Below, piece after piece: positions 56,638-64,000 of a DNA stretch of 64,000 nucleotides. The translations under genes and the position numbers were made by a program. This DNA is from a virus, in the IMG/VR virus record IMGVR_UViG_3300045988_159421. One strand, written 5' to 3'. The notes below the pieces were generated by a model, which was not told the origin of the DNA, did no database searches, and worked only from the letters and a program-made list of their open reading frames with translations. The stretch's first letter is position 1; each line of letters starts with the position of its first letter.

Positions 56638-56871
56638 CTATTCTTCTAAGTGATCTATTCTGTGATGTGCAGACTTTGTTGAATCTTCTACTTTTGCCAT
56701 TCTTTCTACTAAATTATTATGTTTATCTACTCTAGTTGATAAAGTTTTTATATCTTCTTTTATACCTTTGATTTGTTCTTGCATTACTGCAGTAGTTTTA
56801 CTATTTGCAAAATAAGAACCAGCTAAAGTCCCTATAAATGCTATAATAGCAACAATTATTTCTGTTTGCAT
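56638..56871 (-). CDS. XhlA-like haemolysin/holin-accessory protein
   Basis: One N-terminal TM (IIVAIIAFIGTLAGSYF) plus a coiled coil ending HHRIDHLEE. The likely start is ATG 56871. Confidence 0.55.
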   Translation of the reverse strand: MQTEIIVAIIAFIGTLAGSYFANSKTTAVMQEQIKGIKEDIKTLSTRVDKHNNLVERMAKVEDSTKSAHHRIDHLEE

Positions 56872-56891
56872 ATTAATACCTCTCAATTTTC

Positions 56892-57161
56892 TTAAGTATG
56901 TTTTACTCTATCTCTAAGTTCTCCTTTTTTACCATCGTTAAATTGTCGAACCTCACTTAAATAACCTGTGATTCTTCTGATTCTTTCAAATGAAACAGGA
57001 ACAAGTTTATATTCTAAATCTACATATCCTTTATCATCTATTGTTATATTTAGATATTCAATTTCTCGATTTGGATATTTTTTATGAATATGTTTTATGT
57101 AAGCTTCGATTTCTCTTTGTTCAGCATGAACTCCTTCTGGAGTTTTTATATTTATTTTCAT
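56892..57161 (-). CDS. stand-alone NrdD C-terminal glycyl-radical-domain-like mini-protein
   Basis: The C-terminus RIRRITGYLSEVRQFNDGKKGELRDRVKH matches the class III RNR glycyl radical tail (R..GYL...FN.GK..E...RVKH). Only 89 aa. Confidence 0.55.
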   Translation of the reverse strand: MKINIKTPEGVHAEQREIEAYIKHIHKKYPNREIEYLNITIDDKGYVDLEYKLVPVSFERIRRITGYLSEVRQFNDGKKGELRDRVKHT

Positions 57162-57181
57162 CTTTTCAAACTCCTTTTTAC

Positions 57182-57448
57182 AAAATAAAAAGGATTACAA
57201 ATTAGTAACCCCCTTAGAAAAAATGGTAAGTGCCTCTAAATACTATATACACATATAACTTTTAAAATTAAAATTCGATTAAAATATAAATGTTTTTTTA
57301 TTAAGTCCACATTGGAATCACCCTCTTTCATAGCCAATAAGCAAAAGAAGGACCCACTCTAAAAGTAAGTCCTTTCCGGAAAAGGTTATTAAACCGATTC
57401 CTTTGCTCGTTGGGGTTTCAAATGAGAAATTATTTTATCTACAATTAT
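57182..57448 (-). promoter_or_regulatory. structured 5' leader with a terminal weak terminator ahead of the lysis cassette (candidate riboswitch/attenuator)
   Basis: A long-range helix AGCAAAGGAA/TTCTTTTGCT encloses the hairpins CCTTT-TCCGG-AAAGG and GGAC...GTCC. Then ATTGG...CCAAT. Then GGTTAC-TAATTT-GTAATC plus CTTTTTATTTT just before the RBS. Confidence 0.4.
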
Positions 57449-57492
57449 AGTGTAAATTCCCAATAACAAATTTGCAATCGGAACATATTCCT
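57449..57492 (-). promoter_or_regulatory. box-E promoter
   Basis: AGGAATATGTTCCGATTGCAA-N17-TACACT on the minus strand. Confidence 0.5.
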
Positions 57493-57690
57493 AATAATTA
57501 TAATTTAAGTGTTAAAACTTTGTTAATTAGTAATATTTATATATATATTTTGCATATGCTATGATATGCGAAGCGTTTATGAAGTAGCGACAGCGACCGT
57601 AATAAATGCAAAGCGGTTATATCAAGGTTATAGCAATTTGGATAGACTATATTCATTTTTATCTAGTATATAAAATTATATAAATTTATA

Positions 57691-57716
57691 TAAAAATAAG
57701 GAGGAATAACCTCCTT
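57691..57716 (-). terminator. intrinsic terminator after the 736-aa ATPase gene
   Basis: AAGGAGG-TTATT-CCTCCTT hairpin followed by ATTTTTA on the minus strand. Confidence 0.6.
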
Positions 57717-59927
57717 TTATTTTGGCAATTTTACCACAAATGCAGAATAAACATTGTCTTCATTTCTGATTAAACAAAGAGCATGATATCTTTTAAGCTC
57801 TAATAAATCTGTTTCTGTATAACCTTCCTTATTAAACAGTTCCTTAAGTTCAATAAAACACTTTACATCTGCTCCAGCAAGTAATAAAAAGTTGCATCCA
57901 CTGCTTAAAATAGCATTCTTACATTTTTTACTGCATTGATCTAAAAAATGTAAACTTATAGTAGGAATAAAAGAATATTTTCTACATTCTGTAAGAATAT
58001 CTTGTAAGATAATTTGTGCTGTAGGAAATAAATTGATTTCATCTATAAATATTTCTGTGCGTGTATTTGCTTTTATTTGTTTTGCTAGCCATACTTTAGA
58101 AAGATAAAATGTAGCTATTAAATCTCTAATATTTCTATTTGTAAAATCTTCTTCTCTAGCTTTTATAATAATCACTTTATTTTGATCTAATGCTTTTACA
58201 AAGTCTATATTATTATTTCCTTGTGTATTATATGCTAGTTTTGTATATAGATTAGTTTTTAACATGCTTATTCTATCTATTATACCGTCTATTTTACTAT
58301 CATAATTTTCTATTGTTCCATTCTTATTAACTTTATCTAAGTCACATAAATCTTTAATTTCGTCTGATAATAATTTAATTTCGCTTTCTGAAAGTCTTTC
58401 TAAAATATTCTTACGAATATCAGGATATATTAGCACCTCTATTATCTCTTTAAAACTAGCATTAATATTCTTATAAAATACTACGGTACAAGCAGCATAA
58501 AAATAACGTAACATTCTAGGAGTTAATTTAGTATCAGAATTAATAGTGTTAAGTAAAATGTGTAATTGTGTACCTTTTTCCATACATTTAGCTAATTTTC
58601 TATACTTATCACTACTATTACATATCAATTCGTTATAGCAAAATCCTTGTAATTGTGTATGGTTACTACAATCTATTTCTATTAATCTGTCTTTCGGAGT
58701 TACTTGTTTAATAGATTCTGCTAAATTGCAATCTCTTATTATATCTAATACGACAAGGCCATCTCCTTTTGCTATTATAGATTTAGCTAGATTTTGCATA
58801 TAATGTGTTTTACCACATCCCATACCTCCAATTAATACTCTTCCAAGTCTACTTATTTCTTTGTCCGTAGAGTAATATACAGGCATATTTTTTATAGAAT
58901 TTCCAATTAATATATCCCCTGTAGCTAGACATTTAGGAAAATCTTTATTATACACTCTATTATGGTTAATTTGTGGAAACTGTTGTATTATATCAGCTCC
59001 TGGAAGTGCTATAAAATTACCGCATTCATATATAGATGTATTTAAGTTTCTTATGTTATGTTTGATTTTCTTACATATAAATTTATTGTCATCTTCTATA
59101 ACTGAATAGGAATTTGATATTGTATCTATAATAGATTTTTCCCTATTGGTTGTTTTAGCCTTACTAGATAGTATAATTTGTGTTTTACATATATCAGAAG
59201 TAGCCTTTTTATTTGTATTGTTACTTAGTTTATTAAAGTTAATTTGTTTATCCACTTGTTTTACATCAAATAAAAAATTTAAAGTCGAATTAATAAAATC
59301 TATACTATAAGATAATATTTTAATAATTAAATTAGATATTGCATTTGATGTGTATTTTACATTTGTGTTTTTATATTCTCTAATAAATTTCTGACAAGTG
59401 GATTTAAAATAATTGCATTGTTTTTCTGAAGTAGGAAGAAAATTATATAATATTCCAGCTTCTTCTCCATCTTGTAATAATTCTACAGCAGACAAGTTAG
59501 CTGACAACAAATCGTTATTTCTCATATCTGTAGAAGTAGATAGAAAATCTTTATTTTTATAGATTAATTGATATTGTGATCCAGTTATAATTGGTATAGA
59601 ATTAACTTCTTTTATTTCTACTGATTTCCAAATTTCTTTAAATTTTACTCTAAATTTAGAATAAAATAATTTAGGAACGATAAAGTAAAAATTAATTTTT
59701 TCTTTTGTTATGTGAATATAATAACTTGCCTTTAATTGTGTTTTTATAATTAATTTATTATCTTCTATCTTTATGAGCTTATTAATGTTGAGATACATTT
59801 TATTTACAAGATCCAATATAGAATAAGTCCTATTATTCCTAATTGATTTACTTGGTATTAATTTAAGATATACATATTCTTGACTTTGTATCTCAAAATA
59901 TTTTGCTATAGGAATGCTTTTAAGCAT
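57717..59927 (-). CDS. HerA/FtsK/VirB4-superfamily P-loop ATPase
   Basis: Walker A GGMGCGKTH followed by GLVVLDIIRD, with a distant Walker B IFIDEINLF. 736 aa with a roughly 350-aa non-ATPase N-terminal domain. Confidence 0.5.
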   Translation of the reverse strand: MLKSIPIAKYFEIQSQEYVYLKLIPSKSIRNNRTYSILDLVNKMYLNINKLIKIEDNKLIIKTQLKASYYIHITKEKINFYFIVPKLFYSKFRVKFKEIWKSVEIKEVNSIPIITGSQYQLIYKNKDFLSTSTDMRNNDLLSANLSAVELLQDGEEAGILYNFLPTSEKQCNYFKSTCQKFIREYKNTNVKYTSNAISNLIIKILSYSIDFINSTLNFLFDVKQVDKQINFNKLSNNTNKKATSDICKTQIILSSKAKTTNREKSIIDTISNSYSVIEDDNKFICKKIKHNIRNLNTSIYECGNFIALPGADIIQQFPQINHNRVYNKDFPKCLATGDILIGNSIKNMPVYYSTDKEISRLGRVLIGGMGCGKTHYMQNLAKSIIAKGDGLVVLDIIRDCNLAESIKQVTPKDRLIEIDCSNHTQLQGFCYNELICNSSDKYRKLAKCMEKGTQLHILLNTINSDTKLTPRMLRYFYAACTVVFYKNINASFKEIIEVLIYPDIRKNILERLSESEIKLLSDEIKDLCDLDKVNKNGTIENYDSKIDGIIDRISMLKTNLYTKLAYNTQGNNNIDFVKALDQNKVIIIKAREEDFTNRNIRDLIATFYLSKVWLAKQIKANTRTEIFIDEINLFPTAQIILQDILTECRKYSFIPTISLHFLDQCSKKCKNAILSSGCNFLLLAGADVKCFIELKELFNKEGYTETDLLELKRYHALCLIRNEDNVYSAFVVKLPK

Positions 59928-60171
59928 GTGTAATCGCTCCTATAACTATATTAAGGATAATATATATACAAGGTATCATAAATGCCCATCTCTTGCCGTT
60001 TTTATATCCAAATACATATAATAAAAGTGCTATAAAACCTGCTACAAGACATATATCAAAAGATAGATTTTGTATAGCAACTAAAAGCTCATATCCAGTT
60101 TCTTTAAAATATTCTATCGGATGTAAAATATTATCTAAAATATTTATAACTTGATTTAATTTTTCTTCCAT
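59920..60171 (-). CDS. small two-TM membrane protein
   Basis: 83 aa. The stop overlaps the ATPase start. Confidence 0.45.
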   Translation of the reverse strand: MEEKLNQVINILDNILHPIEYFKETGYELLVAIQNLSFDICLVAGFIALLLYVFGYKNGKRWAFMIPCIYIILNIVIGAITHA

Positions 60172-60182
60172 ATCAATACCTC

Positions 60183-60563
60183 CTAAAATTTAATCATAGA
60201 AAAAAGTTTTGGATAAAAACTTAATAATATATAAATTAGGAAATATTGCATTCCAGATGTTGTTGCTTGCTTAAAATCTGCCCCTTGAAGCGCATTTTCT
60301 ATTATGCTTTTAATTCCCATACACATACAACCATACTTAGCAAATACCATTAATAAGCTAAGAATTTGAGTAGCTACATTTGATATTTCAGTTTCTGTAG
60401 TCATACAATAGGAAATTAAATTTTTATTCATAAAAATAGTTATTAAAATAATGATTTTCTTGTATTCTTTTTTATTTATCTTTAAGTTATTAAGAAATTT
60501 TTCAATTAAAGTATAATCATTTTCTGATATTAATTTATATTCCTTAAAACTATAAGATTTCAT
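60183..60563 (-). CDS. small polytopic membrane protein
   Basis: 126 aa with 3 hydrophobic segments. Confidence 0.45.
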   Translation of the reverse strand: MKSYSFKEYKLISENDYTLIEKFLNNLKINKKEYKKIIILITIFMNKNLISYCMTTETEISNVATQILSLLMVFAKYGCMCMGIKSIIENALQGADFKQATTSGMQYFLIYILLSFYPKLFSMIKF

Positions 60564-61009
60564 GTATAAAAATCTCCCTTCTGTTTAAAATAATAATTAA
60601 ATATGAATTAACTGAGGTGATAAAAATGGGCGAAGCATTATTCTGGTTCGGACTTGCCTTTTTATTTGACTTTTTGAGTAAACTTATTTGATTCTTTTAA
60701 CATTTCTTTTCTAAGAATGTATTTTATATAATTACTCTTATTACCATATTCTGCAAATTTGTCTTCTAGCCAAGATAACAAAAGTTTATCATCCATGTTA
60801 TTTTTAAAACTCAATTGGATTACGGTTTTATTATTTTTCATAATCTCAACCTCCTTTTACTTAATTCTATGCAAAAGTATGGAAAAGATTACACTTTTAT
60901 AATTTTTTAATAAAAAAGAGCAGCTAATTAATAACTGCTCTATGATCTTACTTGGTATTTACTTGGTATTTACTTGGTAAATTAGTACACAATATTTTTA
61001 AATTGCGAA

Positions 61010-63607
61010 CTAAGTTGTTGTATATCCAAAATCTTTAGTTAATATAGATTCTATATCTTCTCTACTATTCAAATAAACAGCTGTTTCAAGATTTGTTAAG
61101 AATGAAATCACATTATTTTTATTAGTTTCATAGGCCATAACTCCATTATCGCTTATACGAAGTCCATATATATCATATAAAGAACCTGCATTAGTACCTG
61201 AGCCACCTTGACCAACTATTGTTCCATCTATCCATAAATAATAACCAGTACTATCATGTCCAATAACGATTATATCAGGAATAGTAGCAGAAGAATAAAC
61301 ATTAATAGAGCCATATCTTATTTGTATAGTAGAATCAGATGTTTTATAAAAAATATTAGGTGCATTATTATCATTTGTAGTATCATTTAATTTTACCCTA
61401 CAAAGATTATTGCACACTTTTGGATTATATCCTTTTACAACAAATAACCATGTATTAGCTTTAGGAATTGCTATATTTGTGTTATTAGGCATTATAGACA
61501 TTACAGGTAAATTACTTGATGATGATATTTTTAAATTAATATTTCCAACTTCACCCAATGTTCCTATATTTTGAATTTCATATGTTCCGTCAGTTTTATC
61601 ATTACTCCAATTATTAAATCTTTCATTTATTTTTGAAATTGCAGTAGATAAATCGTATTTTAAAGCAGGTTCATTTTGAGCAACTACAGTAACAGAAATA
61701 GAATCTGTTTTTGTTCCACAAGTTACAATTATATTACAAGTTCCTGCTCCTTTTGCAGTTATTTTGCCTGTATTATCCACAACAGCAACATCATTATTAC
61801 TTGAATTATAAGAAATCGTATCAGTTGTAAATTTAGGGTATTTATAAGAAGTTAATGTATTCTCATCACCTGTATTTAAATTTAAATTACTTGTTGTTAT
61901 TAAAACTTTAGAACAAGGAATATTTTTATTTGTGTTATTTACAATTAAATCATAACTAGCTGTTTTATTCCCGTTTCTAGCAGTTATAGTTGTATTACCT
62001 TCTGCTATTGTAGTTACATAACCTTGCACTACTTTTGCAACATTAAGATTACTAGATTCCCAAGTACACGCTTTATTTGAAACATTAGAAGGTGTAAAAG
62101 TTTTGTCTAAAAAAATTTCTGCATTAGTTGGGAATATTAACGAAGTATTTTTTGCCCACATTTGAGGGTGTATTTCAAAACTTGTACATTCTATATTTTC
62201 ATCTTCATATACTTTAAAATTCTTAACTTCAAAATCATAAGAATTATTAGTATCAGAAGAATTATGACAAGAACCATCTATATAAAACGCTTGTGGTTTT
62301 AAAAACGGTTTATAATCACACATGTAATTATTATTTACAACACATTCTGAAAAATCTTTCTCAGCAATAAAAGTATCATCTATCCAGCTTTTTACAATTC
62401 CATTAGATAATTGAAATTTAAATTTATGCCATTGGTTTGGAGTAAAAGTTGTACTAACACCTTCTATAGATAATGAGTTATCAGGATAACCACTTTCAGT
62501 TCCTCCACCCCAATGTGCAGTAGGTGTTTTAAAATAATTTGGGTTATCTGAATATCCACCTGCTTGCTCAAATACATCTATTTCTCCACTTGCTGGCCAT
62601 TTTACACCAACAGAATAATATTGATCAGTCCAAATTGTACCAGTTCCATAAGTTATAACATTTTGCCAACTTCCTGCTGTTCCGCTAAATTTTGCTTCAA
62701 ATTCACAAATAAAATTATCTGTTTCAAATAAACCAACAGTACTCATCATTTGCTTTAACCATCTTGAATTTGCACTATCATATGTAGATGTTAAATGAAG
62801 TGTATTATTTTCACATCGAATGTTTGATAGTGCATCATAAATAGAATTACCATAAATTCTATTTTCCCAAGTGTTAAATTGACTTGATAATGGAGTAGAA
62901 CCACTAAAATCTGCATTAAAAATTTCAACGCCATTTTGATTAATAGTAGTTACAGTTATTATTATATCTCCAGTAACATTTGGGATAGATATAACCCCAT
63001 TACTATATACAGTACTTGTTATATTTACACCACCCATTACTACGATAACATTAGATAATTTATATCCATTATTAGCACTTATATTAGCATCATAACTAGA
63101 ATTATCGTTTATTTCTAATGCTGTATTATTATTTGTTGCATTAGAAAGGTTATTAGTTACTGTGTGTTTAACTATAGTTGCAATTATATCTCCATCAGAA
63201 TTGGTGGATAGTTTATATTTTGTATTATTTACAGTTATTATTTTTCCTTCTATATTTATTTCACTACTAATTTTACCTATATTAGTTGCCATAGTCTGAA
63301 ATGTATCTGTAGCTAATGTGTTTACACCTTTGTCAGTAATAGCATTAGCTACAGATATTTTTCCATTACTGACATCTTGAAAAAGTTCCACTATCGCCCC
63401 TTTTACAGTTTTATCTGTTGTAGGTAATTCTATATCGGTCCCGTCCTCGTTCTTTCCTAAATCGTTTGCAATATCTTTAAATTGCGAATTAAGTGTTTCT
63501 ATATCTTCACGAGCTTTACTATCTTTAAAATATGCTATTTTGCCTGTATCTTCATCTTGAACTTTTGATATATATTCAGTTTGAACTTTTGATATATATT
63601 CAGTCAT
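61010..63607 (-). CDS. tail fibre / receptor-binding protein with a GH16-like glycanase domain and two Big_2-like Ig domains
   Basis: GH16 catalytic motif GEIDVFE. Ig-like segments NVAKVVQGYVTTIAEGNTTITA and DVAVVDNTGKITAKGAGTCNIIVT. 865 aa. Confidence 0.6.
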   Translation of the reverse strand: MTEYISKVQTEYISKVQDEDTGKIAYFKDSKAREDIETLNSQFKDIANDLGKNEDGTDIELPTTDKTVKGAIVELFQDVSNGKISVANAITDKGVNTLATDTFQTMATNIGKISSEINIEGKIITVNNTKYKLSTNSDGDIIATIVKHTVTNNLSNATNNNTALEINDNSSYDANISANNGYKLSNVIVVMGGVNITSTVYSNGVISIPNVTGDIIITVTTINQNGVEIFNADFSGSTPLSSQFNTWENRIYGNSIYDALSNIRCENNTLHLTSTYDSANSRWLKQMMSTVGLFETDNFICEFEAKFSGTAGSWQNVITYGTGTIWTDQYYSVGVKWPASGEIDVFEQAGGYSDNPNYFKTPTAHWGGGTESGYPDNSLSIEGVSTTFTPNQWHKFKFQLSNGIVKSWIDDTFIAEKDFSECVVNNNYMCDYKPFLKPQAFYIDGSCHNSSDTNNSYDFEVKNFKVYEDENIECTSFEIHPQMWAKNTSLIFPTNAEIFLDKTFTPSNVSNKACTWESSNLNVAKVVQGYVTTIAEGNTTITARNGNKTASYDLIVNNTNKNIPCSKVLITTSNLNLNTGDENTLTSYKYPKFTTDTISYNSSNNDVAVVDNTGKITAKGAGTCNIIVTCGTKTDSISVTVVAQNEPALKYDLSTAISKINERFNNWSNDKTDGTYEIQNIGTLGEVGNINLKISSSSNLPVMSIMPNNTNIAIPKANTWLFVVKGYNPKVCNNLCRVKLNDTTNDNNAPNIFYKTSDSTIQIRYGSINVYSSATIPDIIVIGHDSTGYYLWIDGTIVGQGGSGTNAGSLYDIYGLRISDNGVMAYETNKNNVISFLTNLETAVYLNSREDIESILTKDFGYTTT

Positions 63608-63624
63608 TTAAATCCACCTCCTGT

Positions 63625-64000
63625 TTATATGGTTGCAGTTTCAGTAGTTGTATTTAATTTTATACTACTGAAAGTCATAGTTTCTGTAGCTGTATTTAAT
63701 TTAACTGAACTTTGCTGAATTGGTTCTTCTGTTAAATCTTTCATACAACTTGCCTTTACCCTATATTGAAAAATATCACTTGTGGCTTTTTTACTCACTC
63801 CATTTTCTGTAAATGCATCTAATAATTCACCTATACAATCACCTGATTGATTTGTAAATTTAGAAGGCAAATCAAATCTAAATATAGCTACATCATCATC
63901 TTCTCCAGTTTGCAAGACTCCTACTTTATCTACTTTTTCGTGTGTTTTAGGTTTTTTGACTGTTAAGGTAAGATTATGATTAGTAGCTTCTGAAACCCTT
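63625..64000 (-). CDS. partial tail/baseplate protein (open to the right edge)
   Basis: The frame stays open upstream of the track's TTG start to position 64000 (...LTLTVKKPKTHEKVDKVGVLQTGEDDD...). Position is upstream of the fibre gene. Confidence 0.45.
   Translation of the reverse strand, partial: RVSEATNHNLTLTVKKPKTHEKVDKVGVLQTGEDDDVAIFRFDLPSKFTNQSGDCIGELLDAFTENGVSKKATSDIFQYRVKASCMKDLTEEPIQQSSVKLNTATETMTFSSIKLNTTTETATI

Noticed and set aside
485-57205. Many 60-170-aa track ORFs nested in or antisense to longer genes. Examples: 485-727, 6987-7226, 7769-7981, 10394-10576, 14530-14748, 14782-15006, 16338-16544, 16867-17184, 17206-17499, 19909-20136, 21972-22160, 23089-23271, 23718-23942, 27201-27428, 29026-29277, 29670-29855, 34361-34573, 36807-37058, 38243-38443, 39610-39873, 40925-41140, 42798-43088, 44064-44249, 44317-44586, 45501-45866, 46468-46653, 46841-47080, 49284-49508, 50788-50976, 51145-51336, 51593-52030, 56990-57205.
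   Set aside because: They are Phe/Leu/Ile/Ser-rich, low-complexity translations typical of the antisense or shifted frames of AT-rich genes. They lack RBSs. They overlap ORFs that have clear motifs or operon context.
1-64000. A CRISPR array to accompany the Csf (type IV) genes
   Set aside because: I found no series of 25-40-nt repeats separated by unique spacers. The tandem repeats present (11-bp at 55341 and 60950, 30-bp at 45841) are contiguous without spacers. The three box-driven sRNA units share only their promoter box, not a repeat-spacer organisation.

Overview
Very AT-rich, Clostridium-like mobile element that combines a siphovirus-type morphogenesis and lysis gene set with plasmid-type maintenance genes, so it reads as a phage-plasmid. 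Almost all genes are on the minus strand. Reading right to left: a tail fibre; a membrane-protein pair plus a HerA/VirB4-like ATPase; a lysis cassette (NrdD-like mini-protein, XhlA, holin, amidase); a ParM/ParR partition module (+ strand); a plasmid-type Rep; a CI/Cro-like switch; a phage replication and recombination block (DnaD-like, DnaC-like, HNH, SSB, SbcC-like, IscB, RecT, MBL nuclease); a sigma factor, nucleoid-protein and radical-SAM operon; a DNA methyltransferase; ThyX and dCMP deaminase; then the packaging, head and tail genes (about 17.4 kb down to 0.3 kb). Self-splicing or homing elements are frequent: a probable group I intron with a nested endonuclease splits terL, a LAGLIDADG intein splits thyX, and there are a free-standing GIY-YIG endonuclease, two HNH endonucleases, two divergent ISL3-type transposases and an IscB with an upstream omega-RNA-like region. 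The most unusual content is listed here. (1) A + strand five-gene operon (19.3-22.8 kb) matches an array-less type IV-B CRISPR-Cas effector (Csf1, Cas11, Csf2/Cas7, CysH-like, Csf3/Cas5). (2) A roughly 860-nt ORF-free, comparatively G+C-rich segment embedded in a four-tRNA cluster is a candidate GOLLD/ROOL-class giant ncRNA. (3) A perfectly conserved 17-nt box occurs five times, each fused at fixed spacing to sigma-A-like -35/-10 hexamers, and drives the tRNA/ncRNA locus, three tandem terminator-bounded sRNAs and a structured leader ahead of the lysis cassette. All functional calls come from motif reading and gene order only; no database search was possible.
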